A stretch of DNA of 62,821 nt, the filler included, from Globobulimina sp. (taxonomy: Eukaryota): the NCBI GenBank assembly GCA_003354225.1. It is 20 parts of 20 records of this genome, joined end to end, with 100 filler letters (N's around TTAATTAATTAA, not from the genome) between each part and the next. Parts side by side here need not be neighbours in the genome. Positions count along the whole stretch, not along the records: positions 59,778 to 62,821 come from PIVH01003908.1; 19 more parts are not named here. The stretch is one strand, 5' to 3'. The notes beneath the pieces are model-generated. The model had not been told where the DNA came from. It saw nothing but the letters and a program-made list of their open reading frames with translations, and made no database searches. Numbering within the stretch: position 1 is the stretch's first letter; each line of letters starts with the position of its first letter. Position numbers and translations under genes: made by a program. Shown one piece after another: positions 59,778-62,821 of the stretch.

Positions 59778-60554
59778 GACTATTTATTAAATAACAATAT
59801 CATTTTAAAAACGCAACAGGAAGACATGCAAAGATTATATGGAATCATTAAACACGAAAAAAAGGAGAGACCAACAAAGGGAAAGGACTCTTTAAAGGAA
59901 AAAGAGTTGGAAGCAATGATAAACGCAGTAAAATGTGACAAGAATATGTCACAAAGTGACAAAATCGCATGGGAGGCAATATTAACATTGCCCTATTTTG
60001 GAATAAAAAGAATATCCGAATATGTACATAATTCGGACTTATCTTTAAATTTAAACATAAACAGTTTAGAATTTGAACACGATTTAGGAAGCAATGAATT
60101 TATAAATTCAAGTCATTGCATTCTAAGCAGGAAAAAGGGAAAAACATACCAGTTTGGAGGAGATTTATTCGCCGTATTTATATGCACCTGCAAATCATCA
60201 AAATTCTGTTTTTTATGCGCAATAAAAAAATATATGATCATAAGATTAAAGACGAAAAAAGCAAAAGATTTAGCAACAGAAACACTATTTAAATTGGATA
60301 ATAACCAGATTTTAAGCAAATACACAATGGGAAAGATGATAAAAAGACTCGCAAAGGAAATAGGAATAAATCCGGACAATATCGCCGGACATAGCTGGAG
60401 AAAAGGAGGAGCACAGTGGGCAGTTAAACAGAACTTGCCAGCAACAGCAATCATGAAACAAGCTGATTGGAAATCTTTCAAATCATTAAAGACATACTAC
60501 GATAATATTGATCGTTTAGATCAAGTACAGATATTTAAAAATAGAATCAAATAA
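59778..60554 (+). CDS. Tyrosine recombinase of DIRS/Ngaro retrotransposon type (5' partial)
   Basis: Frame open from the contig edge; catalytic R (FGIKRISE), K (GKTYQFG), HxxR (GHSWRKGGA) and W/Y (ADWKSFKSLKTY). Confidence 0.88.
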   Translation, partial: DYLLNNNIILKTQQEDMQRLYGIIKHEKKERPTKGKDSLKEKELEAMINAVKCDKNMSQSDKIAWEAILTLPYFGIKRISEYVHNSDLSLNLNINSLEFEHDLGSNEFINSSHCILSRKKGKTYQFGGDLFAVFICTCKSSKFCFLCAIKKYMIIRLKTKKAKDLATETLFKLDNNQILSKYTMGKMIKRLAKEIGINPDNIAGHSWRKGGAQWAVKQNLPATAIMKQADWKSFKSLKTYYDNIDRLDQVQIFKNRIK

Positions 60555-60579
60555 AAGCATTTCATATTTAAAACAGCGA

Positions 60580-60905
60580 ATAAATCCTTGTAACGTTTGG
60601 TTGGGAAACGTTCGGTTAACGTTTGGTATATTGAAGGATTAATATTGCGGTATATACGGATCAGATGCACATAATACACATCTGAACCACCACAATATAA
60701 ATCCTAGATATCTCCGAACCTGTTACCAACCAATCGTAGGTATCAATAGATACCCAAACACACACAGTCAGTCAAATAGAATTCAGTGTTTTGTGGAACC
60801 AAAGGGGCAAAACACAAGTTCTATAGACAACGAAGTAAAAGCCCCGACTTAGCGTTTCTGAGAACAAAAGCGTTTCTCAGATATTCATAATCCATAATCC
60901 ATAAT
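60580..60905 (+). other. Highly structured non-coding spacer: ~140-nt imperfect hairpin, three smaller hairpins, possible pseudoknot
   Basis: Stems 60597-60615/60714-60733, 60635-60651/60689-60705, 60661-67/60679-85, 60739-44/60749-54, 60786-93/60808-15 and 60857-64/60874-81. Confidence 0.75.
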
Positions 60906-61004
60906 AGATATGTATGACGTATTCAGATTACACAGTTTCACATCATTCCTACCTATAATCTTTCAATTTTTTTAAATAGTCATTAGCAATTTTGCGCAAA
61001 TACA

Positions 61005-62819
61005 ATGACAAATGTAAGATTATCCAGGAAAAGGAAGCTCTTTGAGGTCGCAGAAAACGACCCATTCAAACCAGAAAATAAAAAGAAAAAACTCCTAGCA
61101 AAACACCCAACTTTCCGACGAACATCAAAAAGCAACAAAAGAACAAAACATCGATTCGCTGACTTTGAGCAAATCACTGAGAAGATCGATCAAATAAATA
61201 TGACAGATAACAACGGCGAGACAGACACAAAGAAACAAGAAGCATTGACATCGGTCAATGAATCGATTGAAACAAGAAATGAAATGATGAAGAAATCGAT
61301 ATTACGACGAAAAGAATCATGTTTAGCACGAATGAATTGCGGCAATGCCGCAGAATTATCAGATTTAGCAAATAACGAAGAAGAAAAATCAAAGAAGGCG
61401 TTCGATGGCATCAGTTCCATCGCAAAAAGAAACCGAATGAGTAAGTTATCAGAAGAATTAAATTTCGATGAATTAATATATAAATTGGCAAAAGAGAATG
61501 ATACAAAAGGTTTAGAATACGCATGCTCGAAACAAACGGCTATTTTAGCAAAGCAAGCAATGGACGAAATCGATGAATGTGACGCGATTTATAGAGATAT
61601 GGAGAAAGTGAATGCAGCGCACATTGAACTACGAAAGAATTTGGAAGAAGACGCATTAAACAAAGCGAGAAAAAATGCAAATGGCAACCAAGTATGTTTT
61701 GTTTATAACGCACATTTTTCCCGTTCTTGCCTCAAAAACTTGCACTTTTGGTAAATTTTAATGCGAATTTCCGTATATATTACGTCATAGAGACGGAAAA
61801 AGGATGTATTTTATAGAAAGGCTGAATGACAGCCGTATGTATTTTAATATATTTAGTTTGATAAGGAAGAGATGAAAGAGTTGTTTTATACGGCAACTAA
61901 GATAGCAACGCGCGAGGCGGCAATGGCTCAGACGGGCAAAAGTAAGGAAGTTTTGGATATTGAAGGGGTTGGAGAGAGCCTGAAGGAGTTAAAAAAGGAA
62001 AGCATCGAAAAATTGGTGCAAGTGCAAAAAGAGAAGATTTTAGAAAGGACAACAATGAAATGGATGAGGGAGATCCCGTACGGTAACAATTTATTAAAAA
62101 TCTTAGCATTTAGGCACGATTTAGACAAAAAGGCAAAGAGACAAAGGCCTAAAAAGATGGATTTTAACATCAAACATTTCCAAGACATGTATTTAGTATT
62201 TAGAGCAGTGATGGATATGAAAAATGAGAGTTTGTTAAAGAGAGAGGAGACTCTGTTGAATTCATTGGAATCTGTCGAAGAAATAAAGGGAATGAAGCCA
62301 GAGAAGATTTTGTATACTGCAGAGATTTTATTTTGCCTCTTGGATCATTATAAAAATGATATTGTCGGACCTTTAGATAAATTGGCAATGCATTATGTAT
62401 TGGACCATAAAACAGCGCCAGACACAGCGTTGATGGCTTTGGAGCAATTCGCAAATAAAAAACATGCGGGAATGAGCGGGATGGACATTTTGGAGATTTT
62501 AAAAATCGAATTAAGAGTCGATAAAATATTGGATCAAACGACAATTTTACAGAATTTAACAGATAAATCAGCAGCCAGTTACGCGCCAACTGGACAAAAT
62601 AACGCGAACAACAAGAAAAGGCCGCCATGTCCGAATGGAATGCAATGCCATGTATTCATGTATCCGGACGCAAGATGTTCGAATTGGCATCCTGAGGATT
62701 CAAGGGAGTATTGGAGGAGAGGAGGAGTATCAAAATTTAGTAACAATAACCAAAGAGGGAGAGGAGGATACGGCAGAGGAGGAAACCAAAGAGGTAGAGG
62801 AAGAGGATGGAGATATTAA
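61005..62819 (+). CDS. Gag-like nucleic-acid-binding protein (basic N-terminus, coiled coil, CCCH finger, RGG tail), two exons, 549 aa if spliced
   Basis: GTATGT donor at 61692 and TTTAG acceptor at 61856 join both ORFs in phase 0; CPNGMQC...C.NWH followed by RGRGGYGRGG. Confidence 0.6.
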
Positions 62820-62821
62820 AA

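Larger units (their letters stand above)
59778..62821 (+). mobile_element. Tyrosine-recombinase mobile element (DIRS/Ngaro-like), partial
   Basis: YR plus Gag-like ORF on the same strand, with a uniformly A/purine-rich plus strand unlike the other contigs. Confidence 0.7.

Noticed and set aside
60780-60890. Hammerhead or HDV-like ribozyme in the YR spacer
   Set aside because: No CUGANGA/GAAA core on either strand, and the stem order leaves no room for the HDV P3/P1.1 topology.
61791-61834. Extra mini-exon in the Gag-like gene (CATAG acceptor at 61790, second GTATGT at 61835)
   Set aside because: In-frame stop with either nearby acceptor, and the second intron would be only 22 nt.

Overview
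The window is not one locus. It is 20 unrelated contigs of about 3.04-3.05 kb, sorted by decreasing length and joined by 100-nt linkers (N-run/TTAATTAATTAA/N-run), so adjacency across linkers means nothing. Most contigs come from an AT-rich, gene-dense protist nuclear genome with short GT-AG introns. Its gene-family style suggests Foraminifera/Rhizaria, which is my inference. Recognisable genes include Rpn1, a CK1/TTBK kinase, ceramidase, BCKDHB, TyrRS, importin alpha, a TPC-like channel, TYW1, a Cys-less pentameric ligand-gated channel, PEX6, CLPTM1, homoserine dehydrogenase, MED6 and CSN1. Exceptions are: (1) contig 1, which looks like Mimiviridae DNA (chitin synthase, cytidylyltransferase-like gene, four AAAATTGA motifs); (2) contig 2, which closes into a 2,930-bp circle through a 119-nt terminal repeat; (3) two short GC-rich bacterial fragments fused to eukaryotic DNA; and (4) the last contig. 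The last contig is the strongest candidate for an undescribed system. It carries a DIRS/Ngaro-type tyrosine recombinase followed, in permuted order, by a highly structured ~450-nt spacer and an apparently intron-split Gag-like CCCH/RGG gene. Three head-to-head gene pairs on independent contigs also share a 43-44-nt ATG-to-ATG spacer.
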